Positions 55,232 through 64,000 of a stretch of 64,000 nt of DNA are shown in pieces. Origin of the DNA: an uncultured Pseudomonadota bacterium (GTDB lineage: Bacteria > Pseudomonadota > Gammaproteobacteria > Steroidobacterales > Steroidobacteraceae); NCBI GenBank assembly GCA_903898785.1, contig CAIUGU010000039.1:13176-77175 (forward strand), in the 5' to 3' direction. Position 1 is the stretch's first letter, and every line of letters begins with the position of its first letter. Under the pieces are notes generated by a model. It ran no database searches, was not told where the DNA came from, and saw only the letters and a list, made by a program, of their open reading frames with translations. The translations under genes were made by a program, and so were the position numbers.

Positions 55232-56461
55232 ATGTCCATTCGCAGTCTCGTCACCGCGTCGATCGTGCTCGCCACACTGGGCGTCTCCGGGCCGGCCACC
55301 GCAGCCAGCCCGTCCGTGGTGTCGCGCCAGATGCACGAACGCCTGATCGTGCTCGATACGCATCTCGATACGCCGGCGCTGCTGGCGCGTCCGGGCTGGG
55401 ACATCATGGAGGAGCACAGTTTCGAAGCGGATCGCTCGCAGGTCGACTTTCCGCGCATGGTGGACGGCGGCCTCGACGGCGGCTTCTGGGCGCTGTTCAC
55501 GCCGCAAGGGCCGCGCACGCAGGAAGGGTATGCCGCCGCACGCGAGCGGGCACTGCAGATCGCGCAGCGTATTCGCGACATGGTCGAGAAGAATGCCCGC
55601 CAGTTCGAGCTCGCGACCACGGCCGCCGATGCGGAGCGCATCGCCGGCAGCCGCAAGCGCATCGTCTACCAGAGCATGGAAAATGCCTATCCGCTGGGGA
55701 AGGACGTTGCGCAGCTCAGGACGTTCTACGACCTGGGCGTCCGCATGGTCGGCCTCGTGCATTTTGCGAACAACGACTTCGCCGACTCGGCGACGGATCC
55801 GAAGGGACCCGAGTGGCGCGGCCTGAGCCCGCTCGGCAAGGACCTCGTCAGGGAAGCCAACCGGCTGGGTGTGATCCTTGACGCGTCGCACGCGTCGGAC
55901 GACGTGCTCAAGCAGCTGATAGCGCTGTCGAAGACGCCCGTGATCCTGTCGCACTCGGGGTCCCGTCTCGTGCATAACCATCCGCGCAACATCGACGATG
56001 AGGTGATGAAGAAACTCGCGGAAGCCGGCGGCCTCATCCAGATCAATTCGCTGAGCGATTACATGATCGACGTACCTCCCAATCCCGAGCGGGATGAGGC
56101 GCTGCGGGGATTGCGCGCCCGATTCGGCGCAACGATGACGCAAGAGCAGGCGATCGAGTCGGCGGCTGCCCGACGCGAGATCGATACCCGTTATCCGGTG
56201 CCTACGGCCACGGTCGACGATTTCATGCGCCACTTGCTGCATGCGTTGTACATCGTCGGCCCCGACCACGTCGGCATCGGCGCTGACTGGGACGGGGGCG
56301 GCGGGGTGACTGGCATGTGGGAGGTGTCGGCGCTGCCGCAGGTGACCACGCGCCTGCTGGCGGCCGGCTACACGGAAGCCGACCTCAGGAAGATCTGGGG
56401 CGGCAACGTGCTGCGGGTGCTGCAGGCCGCCGAGGACTATGCGCGGAAGCAGGCCCGGTAG
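55232..56461 (+). CDS. exported M19-family dipeptidase
   Basis: ORF 55130..56461, ATG at 55232. Has a signal peptide. VLDTHLDTP, HFANNDF, LDASHASD and GADWDGGG strings. Confidence 0.85.
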   Translation: MSIRSLVTASIVLATLGVSGPATAASPSVVSRQMHERLIVLDTHLDTPALLARPGWDIMEEHSFEADRSQVDFPRMVDGGLDGGFWALFTPQGPRTQEGYAAARERALQIAQRIRDMVEKNARQFELATTAADAERIAGSRKRIVYQSMENAYPLGKDVAQLRTFYDLGVRMVGLVHFANNDFADSATDPKGPEWRGLSPLGKDLVREANRLGVILDASHASDDVLKQLIALSKTPVILSHSGSRLVHNHPRNIDDEVMKKLAEAGGLIQINSLSDYMIDVPPNPERDEALRGLRARFGATMTQEQAIESAAARREIDTRYPVPTATVDDFMRHLLHALYIVGPDHVGIGADWDGGGGVTGMWEVSALPQVTTRLLAAGYTEADLRKIWGGNVLRVLQAAEDYARKQAR

Positions 56462-56581
56462 GGGTGCCGAACCGGCATGTCGTCATGAAGAATCGGTCTG
56501 TACCCGGGGGTTTATTTTCGCGCCGCCAGTAGCACACTGACCCGGACCACAGTCTGCATCTATCCGTAGCAGGAGGTCCCC

Positions 56582-56917
56582 ATGACCCAAGCCATTGCCC
56601 CCGCCACGCTGACCAGCGCGACCTTCGCCCAGCAGGTGCTGGAGGCCGACAAACCCGTTGCCGTCGATTTCTGGGCCCCCTGGTGCGGCCCCTGCCGCGC
56701 CGTGGCGCCCCTGCTCGATGAGCTGGCCGTCGACTACGCCGGCAAAGTGACCGTCGCCAAGCTGAACGTCGACGACCATCCCGAACTCGCGGCCCGCTAT
56801 GGGGTGCGCTCCATCCCGACGGTGATGGTCTTTGCGAAGGGCCAGGTGGCGGCGACGCTCATTGGTGCCCGTGGCCGTCAGGACTACCAGAAGGCCTTCG
56901 ACGCCGCGTCGCACTAG
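56582..56917 (+). CDS. trxA: thioredoxin
   Basis: VDFWAPWCGPCRAVAP...KLNVDDHPELAARYGVRSIPTVMVF. 111 aa. Confidence 0.85.
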   Translation: MTQAIAPATLTSATFAQQVLEADKPVAVDFWAPWCGPCRAVAPLLDELAVDYAGKVTVAKLNVDDHPELAARYGVRSIPTVMVFAKGQVAATLIGARGRQDYQKAFDAASH

Positions 56918-57124
56918 GCTCGGCAAGCCGGACGGCGGGCCCGACCACCAGGGCGCCGCCGTCCGCGCACATTGGAAGTCCCCGCAGCGTGGCCTATGAT
57001 GCTGCCCTACGTATTTCTACGGAACGGAACGGGGCGGCGTCGCTGCGCGGTCCCGTCAACCGGGTTCAGGCCCAACGGCACAGCGGTCTCGATTCCACAA
57101 CACAAGACTCAAGCAGGGGAACAC

Positions 57125-57721
57125 ATGCGTATTGCTTCACTGGTAGCGGCCGGACTCATCACTGCCTTCGCACTGCCCGCGATGGCGCAGGCGCAGGCCC
57201 CGGCAGCCCGCGTCGCCGGCGCCGTCGAGAAGGTCGACGGCAACAAGGTCACGGTCAAGGGCGAGCAGGGCCCCGTCACGTTCGACATCCGCCCGGAGTC
57301 CGCGATCATGGTGCGCGAGCCGGCCAAGCTCAGCGACATCAAGTCCAACACGTTCCTCGGCACCACCGCCGTCGAGAAGGACGGCAAGATGGTCGCCACC
57401 GAGATCCACATCTTCCCCGAGTCCATGCGCGGCGCCGGCGAAGGCCACCGTCCGATGCAGGCCCCGGCCACGACGATGACCAACGGCAACGTCACGGCGA
57501 CGATGACCAACGGCGCCGTCTCGTCGATCGCGAACGGCGGCATCATGAAGGTGGCGTACAAGGGCGGCGAGAAGGAAGTGACCGTCCCCGCCAACGTCGA
57601 GATCACGATCATCAAGCCGCTCGACATCTCGGCATTGAAGCCCGGCACGAAGCTCACCGCGAACCTGCGCCAGAATGCGGACGGCAGCATCACCGGCATG
57701 ATCGTCACGCTGGTCAAGTAA
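57125..57721 (+). CDS. hypothetical periplasmic protein with Met/His-rich repeat
   Basis: ORF 56972..57721, ATG at 57125 after GGGGA. Has a signal peptide. ESMRGAGEGHRPMQAPATTMTNGNVTATMTNG carries the direct repeat TMTNG. Confidence 0.6.
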   Translation: MRIASLVAAGLITAFALPAMAQAQAPAARVAGAVEKVDGNKVTVKGEQGPVTFDIRPESAIMVREPAKLSDIKSNTFLGTTAVEKDGKMVATEIHIFPESMRGAGEGHRPMQAPATTMTNGNVTATMTNGAVSSIANGGIMKVAYKGGEKEVTVPANVEITIIKPLDISALKPGTKLTANLRQNADGSITGMIVTLVK

Positions 57722-57778
57722 GTTCACGGTCGGCCAGGAAGCGAATCCGCTTCCAGGCTGCACCGGCCTGGAGGTCCC

Positions 57779-58168
57779 ATGAAACGTGCCTTGCTGGCTG
57801 CCTTCGTTTTCACCGCGAGCCTTCCTGCCAGCTTCGCGCATCACTCCATCACGGCGATGTACGCCGAGGAGAGCCGCATCACGCTCGAAGGCGAGGTGAC
57901 GCAGCTCGAGTACCGCAATCCCCACCCGGTGATCCATCTCGCCGTCGTTGGCAAGGACGGGGTCAAGTCGGAATGGCTGCTCGAGTGGAGCAGCAAGACC
58001 CGCCTCGATTCCTGCGGCTACACGGCCACCGTCCTCAAGCCCGGTGATCGTCTGGTCGTCACCGGCGGTCCTGCGCGGGATGGTTCCAGGGGCATGTTCG
58101 TCGGTCGCCTGCAACGGCCTGCCGACGGCTTCGAATACGTCTCCGGCCGGTTCACGGCCAATCGCTGA
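57779..58168 (+). CDS. DUF6152-family periplasmic protein (second copy)
   Basis: Signal peptide ...LPASFA followed by HHSITAMY. EYRNPHPVIHLAV parallels the 45053..45463 protein. Confidence 0.7.
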   Translation: MKRALLAAFVFTASLPASFAHHSITAMYAEESRITLEGEVTQLEYRNPHPVIHLAVVGKDGVKSEWLLEWSSKTRLDSCGYTATVLKPGDRLVVTGGPARDGSRGMFVGRLQRPADGFEYVSGRFTANR

Positions 58169-58273
58169 TTGCAGCCGCCGGCGCTGCCCGGGGGCCGAGA
58201 ATCAGGGCGGAGCCGGGCCTCTCCTGAAGGGCTGCGGCCTGTACAATGGCGCCCCGTCCCGTGGATCTCCCCG

Positions 58274-61200
58274 ATGAGCGCGCAGCTACCTCTCGAAATT
58301 CCCCCGCCGCCCGCCCCCCTCGAGCTCGACGCACCGGCCCGGCTGCGGGAGATTCCGTACAACTACACGTCGTTCGCCGATCGCGAGATCGTGATCCGGC
58401 TGCTCGGGGCGCCCGCGTGGAAGATCCTCAATGAGCTGCGCGGCGAGCGTCGCACGGGTCGCTCGGCGCGCATGCTGTACGAAGTGCTGGGCGACATCTG
58501 GGTGGTCCGCCGCAATCCGTATCTCGAAGACGACCTGCTCGACAACCCCGACCGTCGCACGCTGCTCGTCGAGGCGCTCCAGCATCGATTGAACGAGATC
58601 GATCGTCGTCGTGACGCGTCGGATCGTGATCGCGATGCGAAGGTCGCCGAACTGCTCGTCCAGGCCCGCAAGGCCCTCGAGGAGTTTGCCGCCGAGTTCG
58701 ACAAGGTCGCCGAGTTGCGTGCCCGGGCACGCAAGCTGCTCGAACGCCATACGCGCGCCGACAATATCCGCTTCGATGCGTTTGCGCGCGTCTCGCATGT
58801 CACGGACGCCACTGACTGGCGTGTCGAATATCCGTTCGTCGTGCTGATGCCCGATACCGAAGTCGAGATCCCGAGCCTCGTCAGTGCGTGCGTCGAGCTT
58901 GCGCTCACGATCATCCCGCGCGGCGGTGGCACGGGCTACACCGGCGGCGCGATCCCGCTGACGGCGCGGGCCGCAGTCATCAACACCGAGAAGCTCGAAG
59001 CGCTGAGTGAGGTTGAACAGACGCCATTGCCCGGCGTGAGCGGCACCGTGCCGACGGTTTTCTCGGAAGCGGGCGTCGTGACGAGACGCGTCGCGAATGC
59101 CGCGGAGCGTGCCGGCTTCGTGTTCGCCGTCGATCCGACATCGGCCGACGCCTCCTGCATCGGCGGCAATGTCGCGATGAATGCGGGCGGCAAGAAGGCC
59201 GTGTTGTGGGGCACCGCCGTCGACAACCTCGCGTGGTGGCGCATGGTCGACCCGGAGGGCAACTGGCTGGAAGTCGCACGGCTCGAACACAACCGCGGCA
59301 AGATCCACGATGTGGACTTGGCGCGCTTCGAGCTCACGTGGAAGGACGGCAAGCAGCCTCCCGACAAGGCGCGCGTGCTGAGTACCGGGCAACTCGCGAT
59401 CCCGGGTGCCCGCTTCCGCAAGGCCGGCCTCGGCAAGGACGTCACTGACAAGTTCCTGGGGGGCTTGCCCGGCGTGCAGAAGGAAGGCTGCGACGGCCTG
59501 ATCACGGCGGCGCGCTGGATCGTGCACAAGATGCCGAAGCACACGCGCACCGTGTGCCTCGAGTTCTTCGGCCAGGCTCGCGACGCCATCCCGTCCATCG
59601 TCGAGATCAAGAACTACCTGGAGCGTGACGGTCGCGGTAAGGGCGTGCTGCTTGCCGGCCTTGAGCATCTGGACGAGCGTTACCTGCGGGCCGTCGGCTA
59701 CACCACCAAGTCGAATCGCGGTCGCCTGCCGAAGATGGTCCTGATTGGAGACATCGTCGGCGACGACGACAATGCCGTCGCACACGCGACGTCCGAAGTG
59801 GTGCGCATGGCCAATGCGCGCACGGGCGAGGGTTTCGTGGCCGTCACGCCCGAAGCCCGCAAGAAGTTCTGGCTCGACCGCTCGCGCACGGCTGCCATCG
59901 CGAAGCACACGAACGCCTTCAAGATCAACGAGGACGTCGTGATTCCGCTCGATCGCATGGGCGAGTACACCGACGCCATCGAGCACATCAACATCGAGCT
60001 GTCGATCGCGAACAAGCTTGAGTTGCTCGATCACCTGGAGCAGTACCTGTCCGGCCCCTTGCTGCTCGCGAAGACGGACGATCCCGAGATGGAGCGCCTG
60101 CCGCCCGATGAGATCCTGGGCGAACGTCCGCTGCAGGCCCGGGACCTGATCTCCGAGGTGCGCAAGCGCTGGTCGTTCCTGCTCGGCTTCATGGACGCGC
60201 CGCTGGCGAGCGTCCTGGGCGACCTCAAGGGGCTGGGTCTCGAAGAGGTGTTGCCCTCGCTGTCCGAACGCGCGGCGGCCCATCCGGACATCAAGCTGTT
60301 CGATGCGCTGCAAGACCGGACGATCCGTGTGTCGTGGAAGCTCGAGGTCCGCAATCCGCTCAGGCGGCTGTTCCTGGGCGGCGCGTTCGCGCCGGTGCTG
60401 GCCGACTGCGAGGCGATCCAGAAGCGCATCCTGAAGGGCAGGGTGTTCGTCGCGCTCCACATGCACGCCGGCGACGGCAACGTGCACACGAACATTCCTG
60501 TGAACTCCGACAACTACCAGATGTTGCAGACCGCGAATGCCGCCGTCGCGCGCATCATGCAGGTGGCGCGGCAGCTGAACGGCGTGATCTCCGGAGAGCA
60601 CGGCATCGGCATCACGAAGCTCGAGTATCTGACGGATGCCGAGATCGCCGAATTCCGCTCCTATAAGCACCGTGTCGACCCGGAAGGCCGGTTCAATCGC
60701 GGCAAGCTGTTGCCCGGCGGCGATCTGCGCGATGCGTACACGCCGAGCTTCAACCTGCTCGGCCACGAATCGCTGATCATGCAGCAGTCGGACATCAACT
60801 CGATCTCCGACGCGATCAAGGACTGCCTGCGGTGCGGCAAGTGCAAGCCGGTGTGTGCGACGCATGTGCCGCGCGCGAACCTGCTCTACAGCCCGCGCAA
60901 CAAGATCCTGGCGACGTCGCTGCTGGTCGAGGCGTTCCTGTACGAAGAGCAGACGCGCCGCGGCGTCTCGCTACAGCACTGGGACGAGTTCTCGGATGTC
61001 GCGGACCATTGCACGGTCTGCCACAAGTGCGAGACGCCGTGCCCCGTCGACATCGACTTCGGCAATGTCTCGATGGACATGCGTGACCTGCTCAGGCGCA
61101 TGGGCAAGAAGCGCTTCAACGCGGGCTCGGCGGCGTCGATGTTCTTCCTCAATGCCACGAACCCAGAAACGATCAAGTTCACCCGCAAGATCATGATCGA

Positions 61201-62239
61201 GTGGGGTTACAAGGCCCAGCGCGTGGCGAACGTCGTGCTCGGCAGTGTGGCCAAGGCCCAAACGCAGCATCCACCGGCGACAACGGGTGGCCGGCCGCCC
61301 ATGCGCGAGCAGGTGGTGCACTTCATCAACAAGAAGATGCCGGGCGGATTGCCGAAGAAGACCGCGCGCGCCCTGCTCGATATCGAGGACAAGCGCTACG
61401 TGCCGATCATCCGTGATCCGCAGCGCACGTCGGGCGAGACCGAGGCCGTGTTCTATTTTCCGGGCTGCGGCTCGGAGCGGCTGTTCTCGCAGGTGGGCCT
61501 CGCGACGCAGGCCATGCTGTGGCACGCGGGCGTGCAGACGGTATTGCCCCCGGGATACCTCTGCTGCGGCTATCCGCAGCGTGGCTCGGGACAGTACGAC
61601 AAGGCCGACAAGATCATCACGGACAACCGCGTGCTGTTCCACCGTGTGGCGAATACGCTCAACTACCTCGACATCAAGACCGTCGTCGTGAGTTGCGGCA
61701 CCTGCTACGACCAGTTGCAGGGCTACGAGTTCGACAAGATCTTCCCCGGCTGCCGCATCATCGACATCCACGAGTTCCTGATGGAGAAGGGCATCCGCCT
61801 CGAGAACGTCACGGGCGTGAAGTACATGTACCACGATCCCTGCCACTCGCCGATGAAGAGCTACGACCCGCTCAAGGTGGTCAATACGCTCATGAACAGC
61901 GAGCAGAACGGCAAGATCGAGAAGAACGACCGCTGCTGCGGGGAGTCCGGCACGCTGGCCATCACGCGTCCCGACATCTCGACGCAGGTCCGCTTCCGCA
62001 AGGAGCAGGAAGTGAAAGTCGGCGTCGACAAGATCAGGAAGGCCGGCCACGAAGGCGACGTGAAGATGCTGACGTCGTGCCCGTCCTGCCTGCAGGGTCT
62101 CAAGCGCTACAACGACGACGCCGACCTCGATGCGGACTACATCGTCGTGGAGATCGCGAAGCACATCCTCGGACAGAACTGGCTGCCGGAGTACGTGGAA
62201 CGGGCGAACTCGGGGGGGATAGAGAGGGTACTCGTCTGA
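58274..62239 (+). CDS. DUF3683 + FAD-binding (GlcD-like) + 4Fe-4S dicluster + 2x CCG (GlcF-like) fusion oxidoreductase, 1321 aa
   Basis: ORF 58169..62239, ATG at 58274. [20 protein letters not shown] (DUF3683), [13 protein letters not shown] (FAD), [11 protein letters not shown] and [12 protein letters not shown] (Fe-S), CCGYPQ and CCGESG (CCG domains). Confidence 0.85.
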   Translation: MSAQLPLEIPPPPAPLELDAPARLREIPYNYTSFADREIVIRLLGAPAWKILNELRGERRTGRSARMLYEVLGDIWVVRRNPYLEDDLLDNPDRRTLLVEALQHRLNEIDRRRDASDRDRDAKVAELLVQARKALEEFAAEFDKVAELRARARKLLERHTRADNIRFDAFARVSHVTDATDWRVEYPFVVLMPDTEVEIPSLVSACVELALTIIPRGGGTGYTGGAIPLTARAAVINTEKLEALSEVEQTPLPGVSGTVPTVFSEAGVVTRRVANAAERAGFVFAVDPTSADASCIGGNVAMNAGGKKAVLWGTAVDNLAWWRMVDPEGNWLEVARLEHNRGKIHDVDLARFELTWKDGKQPPDKARVLSTGQLAIPGARFRKAGLGKDVTDKFLGGLPGVQKEGCDGLITAARWIVHKMPKHTRTVCLEFFGQARDAIPSIVEIKNYLERDGRGKGVLLAGLEHLDERYLRAVGYTTKSNRGRLPKMVLIGDIVGDDDNAVAHATSEVVRMANARTGEGFVAVTPEARKKFWLDRSRTAAIAKHTNAFKINEDVVIPLDRMGEYTDAIEHINIELSIANKLELLDHLEQYLSGPLLLAKTDDPEMERLPPDEILGERPLQARDLISEVRKRWSFLLGFMDAPLASVLGDLKGLGLEEVLPSLSERAAAHPDIKLFDALQDRTIRVSWKLEVRNPLRRLFLGGAFAPVLADCEAIQKRILKGRVFVALHMHAGDGNVHTNIPVNSDNYQMLQTANAAVARIMQVARQLNGVISGEHGIGITKLEYLTDAEIAEFRSYKHRVDPEGRFNRGKLLPGGDLRDAYTPSFNLLGHESLIMQQSDINSISDAIKDCLRCGKCKPVCATHVPRANLLYSPRNKILATSLLVEAFLYEEQTRRGVSLQHWDEFSDVADHCTVCHKCETPCPVDIDFGNVSMDMRDLLRRMGKKRFNAGSAASMFFLNATNPETIKFTRKIMIEWGYKAQRVANVVLGSVAKAQTQHPPATTGGRPPMREQVVHFINKKMPGGLPKKTARALLDIEDKRYVPIIRDPQRTSGETEAVFYFPGCGSERLFSQVGLATQAMLWHAGVQTVLPPGYLCCGYPQRGSGQYDKADKIITDNRVLFHRVANTLNYLDIKTVVVSCGTCYDQLQGYEFDKIFPGCRIIDIHEFLMEKGIRLENVTGVKYMYHDPCHSPMKSYDPLKVVNTLMNSEQNGKIEKNDRCCGESGTLAITRPDISTQVRFRKEQEVKVGVDKIRKAGHEGDVKMLTSCPSCLQGLKRYNDDADLDADYIVVEIAKHILGQNWLPEYVERANSGGIERVLV

Positions 62240-62342
62240 GCCGCGACCGGCCGACGTTGTCGGCAAGTAGCCCCTACGAGGCTAAAGGCCTGCCGGCGAG
62301 GGGGCCTCCGGTAGGAGGGCCTGTCGGCAAGTCAGAGGGGAA

Positions 62343-63368
62343 TTGGGGATGGTGAAAGGTTGGCTGCTTGCAGGGCTGCTGGTTGCGCTGCCGGGATGGG
62401 CGGCGGAGCGGGATGGGGAGATTGTGGCGAGCGCTCCGTGTGCCGCGCGGCCGCAGCAGTCGTATGCCGAGTATGTGAAGCAGGCGAAGCGACGGGGCAA
62501 GGGCGATGTGCAGGCGGCCGTTGAAGAGGACTTCAAGGCAAAGGCTCCGCCCAGGACGTACCTGTTGACCAAGGAAGAGTTCGCGGAGCGGTCGGCTTAC
62601 GTGGGGTTCGAGTGCCTGCAGATCCGCTACTTGAGCGATGGCATCGAGATCACGGGCTTCATCTGGAAGCCGCAGGACGCGGTGGGCAGAAAGTTCCCCC
62701 TCATCGTCTACAACCACGGCGGCTCCGGAGGTCCGGGACACCTGAGTCCATGGACCAGCTTCGGATTCCACAACTTCCTGAAAGCCGGCTTTGTGGTCAT
62801 CGGTTCCAGCTACCGCGGCGGCTCCAAGGGGAGGGATGAATACGGCGGTGCGGACGTGCACGACGTCATGGCGCTGGAACCGCTCGCGGCGTCGCTTGGC
62901 TACATCGACATGGACAACCAGTTCATGCTCGGGCGCTCGCGGGGCGGCATGATGACGTACCTCGCGATGAAGCAGGGCTTTCCGCTCAAGGCCGCGGCAA
63001 CCGAAGCGGGCAACCCGAACCTGATCGAGGAGAGCCAACGCCGTCCGCTGCTGGCGGCCGGCCTCGGTTTCTCGGTTCCCGGATTTGCCGAGCATCGCGA
63101 GGAGTTGCTGCGTGAACGTTCCGCCGAGTTCTGGCCTGAGGCCATCACCGCGCCGTTGCTCATCCTGCACGGCCGCTACGATTGGCGCGTGCAGGCCGGG
63201 ACACAGCAGCGCTTCGCGCAGGTGCTGGAAGCCGCAGGCAGGCCCCACGAACTGCGCATCTACGAAGCAGACAACCACGGCCTCACGATGAACCGCGGCG
63301 ACGTCGATGCGCGCGTGATTGCGTGGTTCCAGCGGCACCTTGGGCCTGCGCAGAACGCTTCCCGATGA
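62343..63368 (+). CDS. exported alpha/beta hydrolase, S9 prolyl-oligopeptidase-like
   Basis: Has a signal peptide. GRSRGG nucleophile elbow, and C-terminal D/H (YDWRV, ADNHGL). Confidence 0.75.
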   Translation: MGMVKGWLLAGLLVALPGWAAERDGEIVASAPCAARPQQSYAEYVKQAKRRGKGDVQAAVEEDFKAKAPPRTYLLTKEEFAERSAYVGFECLQIRYLSDGIEITGFIWKPQDAVGRKFPLIVYNHGGSGGPGHLSPWTSFGFHNFLKAGFVVIGSSYRGGSKGRDEYGGADVHDVMALEPLAASLGYIDMDNQFMLGRSRGGMMTYLAMKQGFPLKAAATEAGNPNLIEESQRRPLLAAGLGFSVPGFAEHREELLRERSAEFWPEAITAPLLILHGRYDWRVQAGTQQRFAQVLEAAGRPHELRIYEADNHGLTMNRGDVDARVIAWFQRHLGPAQNASR

Positions 63369-63556
63369 CTGACGCGTTCAAGCCTGGCGACCTGGTGCAA
63401 CCGGTGAGTGGTGGGCAGGTCATGATGGTCACCCGCATCGTCGACGAGCGTATCGAGGTGAAGTGGAGTGCCAACTGCAGGATCGTCGTGAAGGCCTTCG
63501 ATGCGGAGGTGCTCAGGAAGGTTGTCGTCGAGCATCCCGAACCCTCGTCTTCCTGA
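63365..63556 (+). CDS. DUF2158 (YodC-like) small protein
   Basis: Part of ORF 63182..63556. The ATG at 63365 overlaps the upstream stop (ATGA). FKPGDLVQPVSGGQVMMVT is typical. Confidence 0.7.
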   Translation: MTDAFKPGDLVQPVSGGQVMMVTRIVDERIEVKWSANCRIVVKAFDAEVLRKVVVEHPEPSSS

Positions 63557-63567
63557 TCGGGCGCGAC

Positions 63568-64000
63568 GTGGCTTCCCGACCTCTACCGACTGCCATCCGT
63601 GCGCTCTCGCACCGGGACTTCCGCTACTACTTCTGCGGGCACGCGATCTCGATCCTGGGTTCGTGGATCCAGCAGGTGGCGATGTCATGGCTGGTCTATC
63701 GACTGACCGGCTCGGCCGTGCTGCTTGGGATCACGGCGTTTGCCGCGCTGATTCCGCAGCTGGTCATCGGACCGCTGGCCGGGGCCTGGATCGACAAGCA
63801 GGACAAGCGCCGCTGGCTGATCGGCGTGCAGACCGTGCTGGCCCTGCAGGCGCTGCTGCTGGCGTTCCTGACGATGGCCCACCTCGTCACGCCGTCGTTG
63901 CTCGTGGCGATGTCGTTGCTGCTCGGGCTGGTCAACAGCTTCGATGCCCCGTTGCGGCAATCGCTGATCGGTCGCTTCGTCGGCGATCCTGCCGACCTGC
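63568..64000 (+). CDS. MFS transporter (EntS/MFS_3-like), 3' end beyond the window
   Basis: Not in the ORF track because there is no stop within the window. GTG at 63568 gives (M)ASRPLPTAIRALSHRDFRYYFCGHAISILGSWIQQVAMSWLVY..., a typical N-terminus with TM helices. The start is uncertain. Confidence 0.7.
   Translation, partial: MASRPLPTAIRALSHRDFRYYFCGHAISILGSWIQQVAMSWLVYRLTGSAVLLGITAFAALIPQLVIGPLAGAWIDKQDKRRWLIGVQTVLALQALLLAFLTMAHLVTPSLLVAMSLLLGLVNSFDAPLRQSLIGRFVGDPADL

Noticed and set aside
52909-55662. 917-aa ORF that would fuse the M48 peptidase with 396 upstream codons.
   Set aside because: The N-terminal 396 aa are Arg/Ala-rich and overlap the well-supported DUF1857 gene (54534..55064) in another frame. 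A lipoprotein signal peptide with an RBS starts at 54474. Similar trimming was applied to 22474..24300, 9317..10945, 10384..11799, 31738..33852 and 32463..34649.
63685-63960. Minus-strand ORFs inside the last 400 nt.
   Set aside because: The plus strand encodes a convincing MFS N-terminus (HRDFRYYF..., TM helices) running off the window. The antisense ORFs are Arg/Gln-rich shadows.

Overview
High-GC (by eye about two-thirds G+C) proteobacterial chromosomal DNA. Gene content suggests Betaproteobacteria/Burkholderiales, but I cannot confirm that without a database search. The window is densely coding, with about 65 protein genes on both strands. I saw no rRNA, tRNA, CRISPR array, transposase, integrase, prophage or recognisable defence genes. 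Most long antisense ORFs in the track are GC-driven shadow ORFs.

Recognisable content:
- a Cache-PAS-GGDEF-EAL protein next to an HDOD-ApbE operon
- a split NosR/NapH-like flavin/Fe-S module
- an ankyrin + DUF1592 (di-CXXCH) + DUF1552 (HXXSHH, Tat) operon
- a GT2 - GtrA - YdjC/HpnK-deacetylase operon with a methyltransferase and a possible GT-C membrane protein
- an itaconate/C5-dicarboxylyl-CoA type cluster
- TerC, an HPF-like protein, LysR, SLT, MFS and CAP-domain genes
- an NfeD-SPFH pair, a receiver-cyclase, TonB, two MBL-fold paralogues and GGT
- a periplasmic cluster with DUF6152, HupE/UreJ-like and duplicated unknown lipoproteins
- an FMN riboswitch upstream of a type-II lumazine synthase
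- M48 and M19 peptidases, thioredoxin, and a 1321-aa DUF3683 FAD/Fe-S fusion protein

Observations most worth follow-up:
1. A palindromic REP/MITE-like element sits inside the FMN riboswitch. A second copy, with 32-bp perfect arms, directly abuts the aptamer.
2. Exported proteins around DUF6152 and HupE are predicted to mature to an N-terminal His, which suggests metal handling.
3. The stand-alone ApbE / FMN_bind / polyferredoxin module has no terminal enzyme in the window.
4. The ankyrin-DUF1592-DUF1552 operon has no known function.

All functional calls come from motif and architecture recognition by eye. No searches were run.
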